From Mobula hypostoma (Eukaryota), in NCBI RefSeq assembly GCF_963921235.1, contig NC_086097.1, forward strand, positions 204,416,001-204,480,000: a stretch of DNA of 64,000 bases. Direction: 5' to 3'. The notes beneath the pieces were generated by a model, which was not told the origin of the DNA, searched no databases, and worked only from the letters and a program-made list of their open reading frames with translations. Below, one piece after another: positions 52,524 to 63,057 of this stretch (the first letter of the stretch is position 1; every line of letters begins with the position of its first letter). The position numbers and the translations under genes were made by a program.

Positions 52524-53565
52524 GACACTTCCTGGCTTGACTGATTACTGAGGTTCTCCCTCACTTCCTCCCATGTCAGTCCTACTAACCCTAAATGGTT
52601 TACTGCTGCTTTTACCACCAGCTGAATCTTGTCACTTTTTGACTTTACCTCAGCCGTACTATTAATCACTCCTGCGATGAATGTTACTAGAGCCTTTTTG
52701 TCTACATAAATCCCGTCATTTGTTCTTTGTTGCATCTCTCGTATCGCTATTGCTCCCTGTTCATTAGGAGCATTATTCTGTTCATTAAGCTGGATGCCAA
52801 CCGCCGTAAAACAAGATACAGACAGACAGTGACAGTCATGACCCCTCCATTACCATAGGTACATGGAGCTTAGAAAAATAGCGGGCTATGGATAACCTTA
52901 GGAAATTACTCTAATAAGTAGATGTTCGGCATGGCATTGTGGGCCAAAGGGCCTGTATTGTGCTGTAGGACTTCCATGTTAAAGAATTTTTTAAAGATTG
53001 CAGTTGAGGATTGCAGGTTCATTAATTTCAGACAAGCCTGCTGGAAGTGTAATTTTTCAACACTTGATTATTGGTTAGGGTAGCAGCAGATGCAGTTTGC
53101 CAATTCGGCAATTCTGAGCTTTCAAGTCTCAGGTTAGTTACTACTACAATATGCATAAATGCTAAGCTGTTACAGAAGTGAAAGGCAACTTGTAATTCCT
53201 CCCATAATGTCTCGGCAAAAGATGCAGTTAAGAATGATAATGCAAATGGACTGAGTCCTATTTGCTAAATAAACAAATCATTTCGAGTTGCAAAATAAAG
53301 AATAAAATCATAAATCTACATTCCTATGTGCAAAACAAAAATATTTATTTCAAATCCAGACAATTTTATGTAAAGGATATCTTGTTTCTTGGAATATTTT
53401 AAGAGGCACTAGGTCTGAGTAGTCTGCTTTTCATAGTAAAGAGCCCAAAAGGATTTTTATAGGAGGAAAAAAAATGTTATAATATGCCTATAATTCATTT
53501 CAAACTTTAAAAAACATTTTGGGAAATACAAATATTTTTCTAATGAACTTCACTGAGATCATATA

Positions 53566-54120
53566 CAGTCAGTGACCACTTCATTCATTACCTCTTGTAC
53601 CTAATAAAGTGGACACTAAGTGTATGCTCATGATCTTCTGCTACTGTAGCCCATCCACTTGGAGGTTTGAAGAGTTGAGCATTCAGACGTGCTCTTCTGC
53701 ACACAACTGTTATAACCCTTGCTTATTTCAGTTACTGTAGCCTTCCTGTCAGCTTGAACTAGTCTAGCCAGTCTTCTCTGACCTCTCTCATTAACAAGGC
53801 ATTTTCAGTCACAGAACTGCCACTCATTGATTATTTTTTGTTTTAGTCACCATTCTCTGGAAACTCTAGAGACTGTTGTATGTGAAATTTCTAGGGGATT
53901 AGCATCTTCTGAGATACTCAAACCACCCTATCTGGCACCAATAATCATTCCATAGACAAAGTCACATTTCTTCCCCACTCTGAATTTTGGTCTGAACAAC
54001 AACTGAAACTCTTGACCACGTCTGCCCGATTGTAAGCATTGAGTTGCTGCTACATGATTAATTATATATTTGCATTAAAGAGCAGGTGTACATGTGCACC
54101 TCATAAAGTGCCCACTAAGA
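53566..54120. mobile_element. Non-autonomous Tc1-derived element
   Basis: TA then CAGTCAGTGACCACTTCATT; reverse motif ATAAAGTG(G/C)(A/C)CACTAAG at ~53604 and ~54103; internal Tc1-like sequence. Confidence 0.6.
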
Positions 54121-55202
54121 GCTTGTTCTCACTAACAAGTTTTAGTCAGCTGGATCACACTTTCTGTAATTTGGCTTATAAAGGTTTAGATACAATGTGT
54201 GTTGCAGTGAATTATGAACCAAAATAATGATTTAGATCTCGGGACATCCTTTCACAACTCTCCCCAGGAATAGCTGACTTCGATGAGATTACTGGATAAT
54301 CCTTTTTGTTACCATTAAAAAAACAAGAACAATTCTAATTAATAGAGACTGAATGTTCACTGTTAAGTTGTAAAGTTAAAAGAAAATGACCTTTTGCGTT
54401 CATTTGATATTATAAGTTAATGGCTTACTTGAAACAAATTGACCACTTCTCATTAAAAATCAAAGGTAGATACTTCAGCCTTCTAAACTATGCCAATAAA
54501 AGGCTGGTAATCTGGTACCATGAAGGATAGCTTTTAAATTTCAATCAGCCTCTCAGAAAATCCATGGATCTTTTGTGTGATCAGGAACAACAGTTACAGA
54601 TTTCTATTCTCTTTTATTTTTCTGTAAACAGCAACACCAGCAAATCTCTGTTACGTTGCTTTTGGTCCACTAAAATTCCATCTACTATCAGTCTAGTCCT
54701 TCAGCTAGCTGACATTTTCATGACTTAATTGATTTTTTTCCCCAGCTTTTGGTTATAAATACCATTTACACTTGATTCTGCTGTTTTTTTTTAAGTATTT
54801 AAGGCTTTGGAAACAGCTTTCAGCACCTCATTGATTGGATTGATTTTTTAAATTAGAACTCTCTTCTTCAGTTACCAACAGAAATAACACTCCTCTTCAA
54901 AGTGGAGAGAAAAACCACCTTCCCATTTTCTCCACTCATCAGACTCAAAGTTCAGCTGCTGATGTGGCTTTATCTGATCCATTGTCCATGCTGTACTATT
55001 TAATGCAAGAAAACTTTTTTGATCACTAGTTCACATGCCTACTATGTACTATCCCAAATGGATTATATCTATCTTGTACTTTTTCTACAACCATTGGTAC
55101 CCTATTCGAACAAATGAGTTTAAAATCTGCCACTTAAGCCTCACCCCACACCTTTTTTTTTCCCTAGAGTAATGTGATTTGTTGAAGAATTCTTCAACAA
55201 AT

Positions 55203-58147
55203 TATCATTAAAGAAGAAATAGCGAGGCATCTGGAAAGAAATGGATCCATCGGGCAGACGCAGCATGGATTCAGCAAAGGCAGGTCCTGTTTGACAATCT
55301 TACTGGAGTTCTTTGCGAATATAATGAGCACAGTGGAGGTGAAGGGACAGCTGGACGTTATTTACTTGGATTTCCAGAAGACGTTCGATAAGCTGCTGCA
55401 TAAAAGTTATCCATAAGATAAGAATGCATAGAGTTGGGAATGATGTATTAGCATGGATAGAGGAATAGTTAACCAATAGAAAGCAGAGAATTGGGATACA
55501 TGGATGTTACTCTGGATGGCAATTAGTGGTGAGCTGTGTTCTGCATGGGTCATTACTGGGCCTGCAGCTGTTCATGATATACATTAATGATCTGGAAGAG
55601 GGGAATAGTGTGGTTTATGTAAGTTTCCTGCTGATACTAATTTGAGTGGAAAAGCAAATTGTGCAGAAGATATGGAGAGTCTGCAGAGAAATATAGATAG
55701 GTTAAGCAGATGGAGTACAATGTTGTTAAATGTGAGGTCATCCACTTTGGAAGGAAAAATGAAAGAGCAGATTATTATTTAAATGGTAAAAAAATGCAGC
55801 AAGCTGCTGTGCAGAGGGACTTGGAAGTACTTGTGCATGAATTGCAAAAGGTTGGTTTGCAGGTGCAGCAGGCTATTAAGAAGGCAAATGGAATGTTGGC
55901 CTTCATTGCCAGAGGGATTGAATTTAAGAGCAGTGAGGTCATGCTGCAACTGTACAGGGTACCGGTGAGGCCGCATCTGGATTACTGTGTCCAGTTCCGG
56001 TCTTCTTACTTGAAGAAGGATATACTGGCTTTGGAGTCGGTGCAGAGGTGGTTCACCAGGTTGATTCCAGAGATGAGGGGGCTAGACTATGAGGAGAGAT
56101 TGAATCGCCTGGGACTGTACTCACTGGAATTCAGAAGAATGAGAAGAGATCTTATACAAACTCCATTTCCAGAAAAGTTGGGATATTTTCCAAAATGCAA
56201 TAAAAACAAAAATCTGTGTTATGTTAATTCATGTGAACCTTTATTTAACTGACAAAAGTACAAAGAAAAGATTTTCAATAGTTTTACTGACCAACTTAAT
56301 TGTATTTTGTAAACATACACAAATTTAGAATTTGATGGCTGTAACACACTCAACAAAAGGTGGGACAGAGTTAAAATAAGATTTAAAAGTGCACAGAATA
56401 TTCAAGTAACACCGGTTTGGAAGACTCCACATTAAGCAGGCTAATTGGTAGCAGGTGAGGTATCATGACTGGGTATAAAAGTAGCATCCATCAAAGGCTC
56501 AGTCTTTGCAAGCAAGGATGGGTTGTGGCTCACCCCTTTGTATCAAAATTCGTGAGAGAATTGTTAAGTCAGTTCAAAAGGAACATTTCTCAATGCAAGA
56601 TTGCAGAGAATTTAGGTCTTTCAACATCTACGGTACATAATATTGTGAAAAGATTCAGAGAATTCAGAGACATCTCAGTGTGTAAAGGGCAGGGTCGGAA
56701 ACCACTGTTGAATGCACGTGATCTTTGAGCCTTCAGGCGGCACTGCCCAAGAAACCGTCATACTACTGTGACAATTATAGCCACTTGGGCTCGGGAGTAC
56801 TTCGGAAAACCATTGTCACTCAACACAGTCCGTCGCTGCATCCAGAAGTGCAACTTGAAACTGTATTACGCAAGGAGGAAGCCATTCATCAACTCTATGC
56901 AGAAACGCCGGCGAGTTCTCTGGGCCCGAGCTCATCTCAGATGGACCGAAAGACTGTAGAACCGTGTGCTGTGGTCAGATGAGTCCACATTTCAGCTAGT
57001 TTTCAGAAAAAACGGGCGTCGAGTTCTCCGTGCCAAAGATGAAAACGACCATCCAGATTGTTATCAGCCAAAGTACAAAAGCCAGCATCTGTAATGGTAT
57101 GGGGGTGCATCAGTGCCCACGGCATGGGTGAGTTGCATGTATGTGAAGGTACCATTAACTCTGAGGCGTATATTACGATTTTAGAGAGACATATGTTGCC
57201 ATCAAGGCGACGTCCCTTCCCGGGACATCCATGCTTATTTCAGCAGGACAATGCCAGACCACATTCTGCACGGGCTACAACAGAGTGGCTTTGTAGACAC
57301 AGAGCGCGTGTGCTTGACTGGCCTGCTGCCAGTCCAGATCTATCTCCTATTGAAAATGTATGGCGCATCACGAAGAGGAGAGTCAGACAACGGAGACCAC
57401 GGACTGTTGTGCAGCTGAAGTCTTATATCAAGAAAGAATGGACAAAATTTCCAATTGCAAATCTACTACAATTAGTATCCTCAGTTCCAAAACGATTAAA
57501 AAGTGTTATTAAAAGGAAAGGTGATGTAACACAATGGTAAACATACCTCTGTCCCAACTTTTGTTGAGTGTGTTGCAGCCATCAAATTCTAAATTTGTGT
57601 ATGTTTACAAAATACAATTAAGTTGGTCAGTAAAACTATTGAAAATCTTTTCTTTGTACTTTTGTCAGTTAAATAAAGGTTCACGTGAACTAACATATCA
57701 CAGATTTTTGTTTTTATTGCATTTTGGAAAATATCCCAACTTTTCCGGAAATGGGGTTTGTAGAATCAAATAAAAATATGAAAGGGATAGATAATATAGA
57801 GACAGGAAAGTTGTTTCCACTGGTAGGTGAGACTTGAACTAGGGGATATTGCCTCATGATTCAGGGGAGTAGATTTAAGATGGAGGTGAGGAGGAACTGC
57901 TTTTCCCAGAGAGTGGTGAATCTGTGGAATTCTCTGCCCAATGAAGCAGTAGAGGCTACCTCAGTAAATATGTTTAAGACAAGGTTGGATAGATTTTTGC
58001 ATAGCAGGGGAATTAAGAGTTATGGGGAAAAACACAGGTAGGTGGAGATTAGTCCATGGCCAGATCAGCTGTGATCTTATTGAATGGCGGAGCAGGCTTG
58101 ATGGACCAGATGGCCTACTCCTGCTCCTATTTCTTATATTCTTATGT
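55203..58147 (+). mobile_element. CR1 3' part interrupted by Tc1
   Basis: QHGF..SCLT, DFQK, RPHLDYCVQF; resumes after 57762; (TTCTTATG) tail. Confidence 0.9.
56157..57760 (+). mobile_element. Full-length Tc1 (DD34E) transposon with ~215-bp TIRs; transposase inactivated
   Basis: TA TSD at 56155-56156 and 57761-57762; termini CAAACTCCATTTCCAGAAAAGTTGGGA / TCCCAACTTTTCCGGAAATGGGGTTTG; transposase ~56518-57540 with GRKP, WSDES, QQDNA..(34 aa)..IEN; stops and frameshifts. Confidence 0.96.
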
Positions 58148-58354
58148 AATGCTTCAAGTGAGCCCACACTTTGAATTTAACAATATTCTCAAATCACTTG
58201 CTGACACTATATTGAATTGCCATCACAAAATATTCACTGCTCATCATATTTTGTCAGTTCTCTGCAAGTCACACTATACGATCATTTCTGAGCTACTCAC
58301 CAGGTTGCAAAATAGTTATCCTTCACTTTGACAACATCCTCCATTCCAAAATTG

Positions 58355-58600
58355 CTTCAAAGTTCAAAGTAAATTTATTACCAAAATACATATATGTCAC
58401 TATACATAACTCTGAGATTAATTTTCTTCTGGGAAATTACAGTAACTACAAGAAACACTCCAGAATCAGTGAAAGACCGCACCCAATGAATGGACAACAA
58501 CAAGAGCGCGAACAAAAACAACAAACAGTGCAAATACAAAAAGAAAGAGAAAAAAATAAGCAATAAATATTGAGAACTTCAGATGAAGAGTCCTTGATGC
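58355..58600 (-). mobile_element. Rex1/Babar-type 3' UTR
   Basis: (TTTGAAC)n tail with AATAAA on minus. Confidence 0.55.
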
Positions 58601-59733
58601 TCACAATCTACCATAATCTCTCACACCTAGTTATTGACGTCTTTGGTTGTGCTTAAGTATCTCTTACCTGTCTTTCATTGTTACTCTCATTCCTCCACCA
58701 GATAGAGTACAGCAATAAATCTGGTTTATGACCAAGAAGCAATACTAATACAGTTTGTAATGCCTTATATGTGTGGTGACTGAATAAGACTTCCAGGTAT
58801 GAAGGGATATATTTCTATATATGTCTTTTTTATATCAAGTTCATCTCAAACGTTTGATAACATCTTAGGGGAAAGGATAAGAACACTTTTCATTCTCTGT
58901 CTAACCTTTTCTAATCCCACTTGGACTCATTACAAAGAGCTAATCTATGATATAGGAACATAGACTGAAAACATGGAAAGGTTAAGCTATAAATCAGTAG
59001 GATCTGCGATCTCTCTGGGGTTAGAACCGTACAAAGATAGAAACAGACAGCCTGATTTTACTAGGAAATAACTCTAGCCTAATCTTGCTCCTTCAGTGAT
59101 GGTCATGCCTTCTGCTACCTTGGCCTGGCTTCTGAAATTCTCTAACTAACCCTCACTATCACTGTAACTTGTCTTCCTTGTGTGCGTCACGTAGTCAAAA
59201 GTATCACCAGCCAAGCTTTTACTTCTCTCTACCTACTTCATTCTATGATTCAATTTTGTTTCATGATGTGAAGCATCCTGGGAATATTTTTCTCCATAAA
59301 AACACTTCTTTATAAATGCAAACTGTTAATATTGTTGCTGTTTCTCAACAGGAAGCCAGAAAATTCAAAATATTTTGAATCCAGAGGAGCAAATATAACC
59401 AAACCCAATGTGGTGTATTGCCCAAAACTATGTAAAGCATTAATACAAACTGCAACTGAGTTGAAAAACAGTGCTTTCACCAATGCAACTGCTTTTGAAG
59501 ATTAACAGAAAAGCTAAGAAGCATTTTCACTATGATGTGAATTTGTTGGTATAAATAATACAATTAATAAGAAGTTAGAATTGCAAACTCCACAAAAAAA
59601 CTAACAAACTGTGGAGCATGACTTGGTGACTTGCAAGAGCTGTGACCTGTTGTTGAATGTAGATTGAAGCTGAAATGCTTTGAGAAGAGGATATGATTAC
59701 TGCAAGTCAGAAAAAACAGGTGTATCATTTTAA

Positions 59734-59877
59734 CAGGAATGAATAAACAGTTGGCATTTCAGCACAAAATGTCGACTGTTTATTCATTTCCATAGATGCT
59801 GCCTGACCTGTTGAGTTCTTCCAGCATTTTGTGTGTTTTGCCTTGAGTTTCCAGCATCTGCAGATGTTCTTGAGTTT
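59734..59877. mobile_element. Mini Penelope insertion with fold-back hairpin
   Basis: GGAATGAATAAACAGTTGGCATTT pairs with AAATGTCGACTGTTTATTCATTTCC; TSD GTGTA(T/A)CATTTTAA at 59720-59733 and 59878-59891. Confidence 0.8.
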
Positions 59878-60174
59878 GTGTAACATTTTAATTATTATTG
59901 CCAAATGACTTGTGGAGAATTGAAAGGCTAATTATAATATAACAATAATAATATAATTTTTGGTGGTATGAATACTGTTTTACATTATTAGCGACCTGTG
60001 GTAATTGATAAGAATAATTGTGGTAATTGTGAAATGAGATGTGTGTTCACTGATGTTTATACATAATATGATCTTGAATTGTTTTCCACTGTACTCATAA
60101 CATGTTCAGGATATAATTTTCTAAAAAAAGAAACACTTTGAGGTCTTCTGAGGTAGAGTATTAGCATTGGGAAG

Positions 60175-60870
60175 AGTTGCAACAATACTCTTGCACTCAA
60201 CATCAGTAAGACCAAGGAATTGATTGTGGACTTCAGGAAGGGGAAGTTGGGGACACACACTCCAGTCCTCATTGAGGGATCCGCAGTGGAAAGGGTGTAC
60301 ATTTTCAAATTCCTGGGTGTCAACATCTCTGAAGATCTCTCCTAGGCCCAATATATTGATGCAGTCACAAAGAAGACACGGCAGTGGCTATTTCATTAGC
60401 AGTTTGAGGTGACTTGGTATGCCATCAAAGACTCTCGTAAATTTCTATGGATGTACAGTGGAGAGCATTCTGACTGGTTGCATTACTATCTGGTATGGAG
60501 GGGCCACTGCACGGGGCCAGAAAAAGCTGCAGAAAGTTGCAAACTCTGCCAGCTGCGTCATGTGCACTAGCCTCCCCAGCATTGACAACACCTTCAAAAG
60601 GCAATGCCTCAAACAGATGGCATCCATCATTAAGGACGGCATCACCCAGGACATGCCCTCTTCTCAATGCTACCATCAAGGAGGAGGAATAGAAGCCTGA
60701 AAGCAGGAACAGCTTCTTCCCCTCCACCATCAGATTTCTGAATGGACTGTGAACAATATCTCACTGTTTTTTTTTCTCTCTTTTTTAACTACTTATTTAA
60801 TTTAAATGTTTTATATACAGTATATTTCTTATTGTAACTTGTTTGTTTTTATTATTAATGTACTGCTGCA
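60175..60870 (+). mobile_element. Rex1/Babar LINE 3' fragment
   Basis: LNISKTKELIVDFR, FKFLGV, FYGCTVESILTGCITIWYG. Confidence 0.88.
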
Positions 60871-61809
60871 TGCACTGCCCTCACTGAGGTGTTGTAACAT
60901 CAACTAGACAGTCAATCAAACTCCATTCAAAAATGACACAAGAGTCAGAGTATAGACTCCTAGCTCATTGGTTCTACTGTGAACTCAAAGGCGTGACAGA
61001 GTGGATAAGGAGTGAAACTGAAAAACAACAAAATACAGTGCAATTACAGTGTTGTTCCATTCACACAAGTAAATGTATACAGATAAGTAAAATCTTAGTT
61101 AAGCTTACTGCAGGGAACTATAATAAGATTTAGGCAAGCAAATACTACTGGTAAATAGTATGTGTAACCCATTAGCATCTGGGTTAGTGTCTAATAAACT
61201 CAAAAATAGCGTTCTATTTCAGTAAAATCTTATTGAAGCTTTTAGATGACCTTCTAAACAATATAACATCAATTTACAAGCAATGTTTCTGCAACAGGAT
61301 GGGTTTAGATAAAAACTTCTTTAGCTCCTAACATAAACCTCTGATGTACTGTCAGCCAATGTGCTTTCCTACTTCTGACTTCCTGACTGCCCAGGAAGTG
61401 ACCTATTACAGATCTGAAACTGCTCCTTTCAAAATAAGAGCTGAATATGCTTACTCACATAACAAAAAAAACATAAATCGATTGCTCAAAGGGCACAACG
61501 CTCACTGCCTTACCTTCGTGAGGTCACTACTAAATACTAGTTCTTCTTTAGGGATGAGCAAAATAACGTCTGAGGCACGTCTGTGGAAGATGATGCAGTC
61601 ACAGATTAGTGACCTTCAGTGAAAGCAGACAAGGCTACCCAGGCACAAAATGTAACATAATACACAATTTCCTTCCTGTTATATTTTTAAACAAGTACGG
61701 CCAAGCAAGGTTATCAGCCCCCCGCCTTTTTTTTTAACTGGGTGTTTTGCAACTTTGTTAAGTGGAATGAAGGTATTGATAAAAGTATCGACAGCAACAG
61801 GTACCTTAC

Positions 61810-62703
61810 TGCAAACACAAGGAATTCTGCAGGTGCTGGAAATTCAAGCAACACACATCAAAGTTGCTGGTGAACGCAGCAGGCCAGGCAGCATCTGTAG
61901 GAAGAGGTATAGTCGATGTTTCGGGCCGAGACCCTTCGTCAGGACTAACTGAAGGAACAGCTAGTAAGGGATTTGAAAGTGGGAGGGGGAGGGGGAGATC
62001 CAAAATGATAGGAGAAGACAGGAGGGGGAGGGATGGAGCCAAGAGCTGGACACGTGATTGGCAAAAGGGATATGAGAGGATCATGGGACAGGAGGCCCAG
62101 GGAGAAGGAAAAGGGGGAGGGGGAAAGGCTTCATCTTTACAGTAGAGGAGGCCGTGGATGGACATATCAGAATGGGAATGGGATGTGGAATTAAAATGTG
62201 TGGCCACTGGGAGATGAAGCCCACACTCAGGTTGGAGGAACAACACCTTATATTCCGTCTAGGTAGCCTCCAACCTGATGGCATGAACATTGACTTCTCT
62301 AACTTCCGCTAATGCCCCACCTCCCCCTTGTACCCCATCTGTTATTTATTTATTTACACACATTCTTTCTCTCACTCTCCTTTTTCTGCCTCTGTCCTTC
62401 TGACTATACCCCTTGCCCATTCTCTGGGTTTTTCCCCCTCCCCCTTTTCCTTCTCTCTCGGCCTCCTGTCCCATGATCCTCTCATATCCCTTTTGCCAAT
62501 CAACTGTCGAGCTCTTGGCTCCATCCCTCCCCCTCCTGTCTTCTCCTATCATTTTGGATCTCCCCCTCCCCCTCCAACTTTCAAATCCCTTACTCACTCT
62601 TCCTTCAGTTAGTCCTGACGAAGGGTCTCGGCCCGAAACTTCGACTGTACCTCTTCCTAGAGATGCTGCCTGGCCTGCTGCGTTCACCAGCAACTTTGAT
62701 GTG
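61810..62703. mobile_element. Non-autonomous Neptune-type Penelope: two pLTR arms as a long inverted repeat
   Basis: 61853-62125 is the near reverse complement of ~62430-62703; GIY-YIG C-terminal pieces in the centre; perfect 11-bp TSD AGGTACCTTAC at 61799-61809 and 62704-62714. Confidence 0.92.
62611..62647 (+). ncRNA. Minimal hammerhead ribozyme motif in pLTR (sister copy 61911-61947 on minus)
   Basis: AGTC-CTGACGA-A-GGG(tctcgg)CCC-GAAA-CTTC-GACT; the usual ACGT of stem III is mutated. Confidence 0.7.
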
Positions 62704-62947
62704 AGGTACCTTACCGGTTCTGTCAGGTTGTTGGTGTGAACCATCTGACAAAAAGATTGCCATGTCATAAAACTCCCATTGGGAAATGTTAATATTAGGG
62801 AAGCGGCAGGAAATGCTGTTTGGTTCTGTGACGTGCAAAGTTCACACAGTGCTTTCATGCATTTGCCTGTGTGCTCCGTAGTGGCCTGTTCTGACACCGC
62901 TTTCCAACTTCATCGTTCCTTCCAGTTCTTTGACTGCCTCTCTTGGT

Positions 62948-63057
62948 CTATGCAATAGCTGCAGCAGCCTCCTGGTGTAGGGTGAGTGCCCCTAGTTCAG
63001 TCTCTAATTTTGACTCATCTAATTGCTGTTCTACTTTTTCCATCATAAGATTAATTT
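62948..63057 (-). other. Candidate terminal coding exon of an unidentified gene
   Basis: Acceptor ATGTTGTCTAG at 63058; only one frame open (EINLMMEKVEQQLDESKLETELGALTLHQEAAAAIA*); unique-looking sequence; no homolog recognised. Confidence 0.2.

Larger units (their letters stand above)
49925..52829 (-). mobile_element. Nimb/I-group LINE, 5'-truncated and internally deleted, with terminal inverted 3' tails
   Basis: ORF1 C-terminus 52511-52735; ORF2 QWNARSL, VQETW, DFNAH, GSDHYP, YRPIALTS; jumps out of frame to RNase H end FLWVPAHVGVKGNE and zinc finger TRLRLGH..CEEC..VEHV; (CAGA)n tail. Confidence 0.9.
48340..52855 (-). mobile_element. Class III (ERV-L/ERV-S-like) endogenous retrovirus remnant: 5' LTR, PBS, partial gag
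   Basis: LTR 52855-52830 + 49924-49542 (TG...CA on minus, AATAAA near 49620); PBS TGGTGCTGCGAGCAGGG at 49523-49539; gag motifs downstream. Confidence 0.75.
46770..52985 (+). mobile_element. CR1 LINE (linker + RT 46770-48338; 3' end 52856-52985) split by a SINE, an ERV and a Nimb LINE
   Basis: [29 protein letters not shown]; after the ERV, TAGGTACATGGAGCTTAGAAAAATAG 3' end. Confidence 0.85.

Noticed and set aside
49925..52829. DNA transposon or MITE based on terminal inverted repeats
   Set aside because: The repeats are the LINE 3' tail; no transposase and no TSD.
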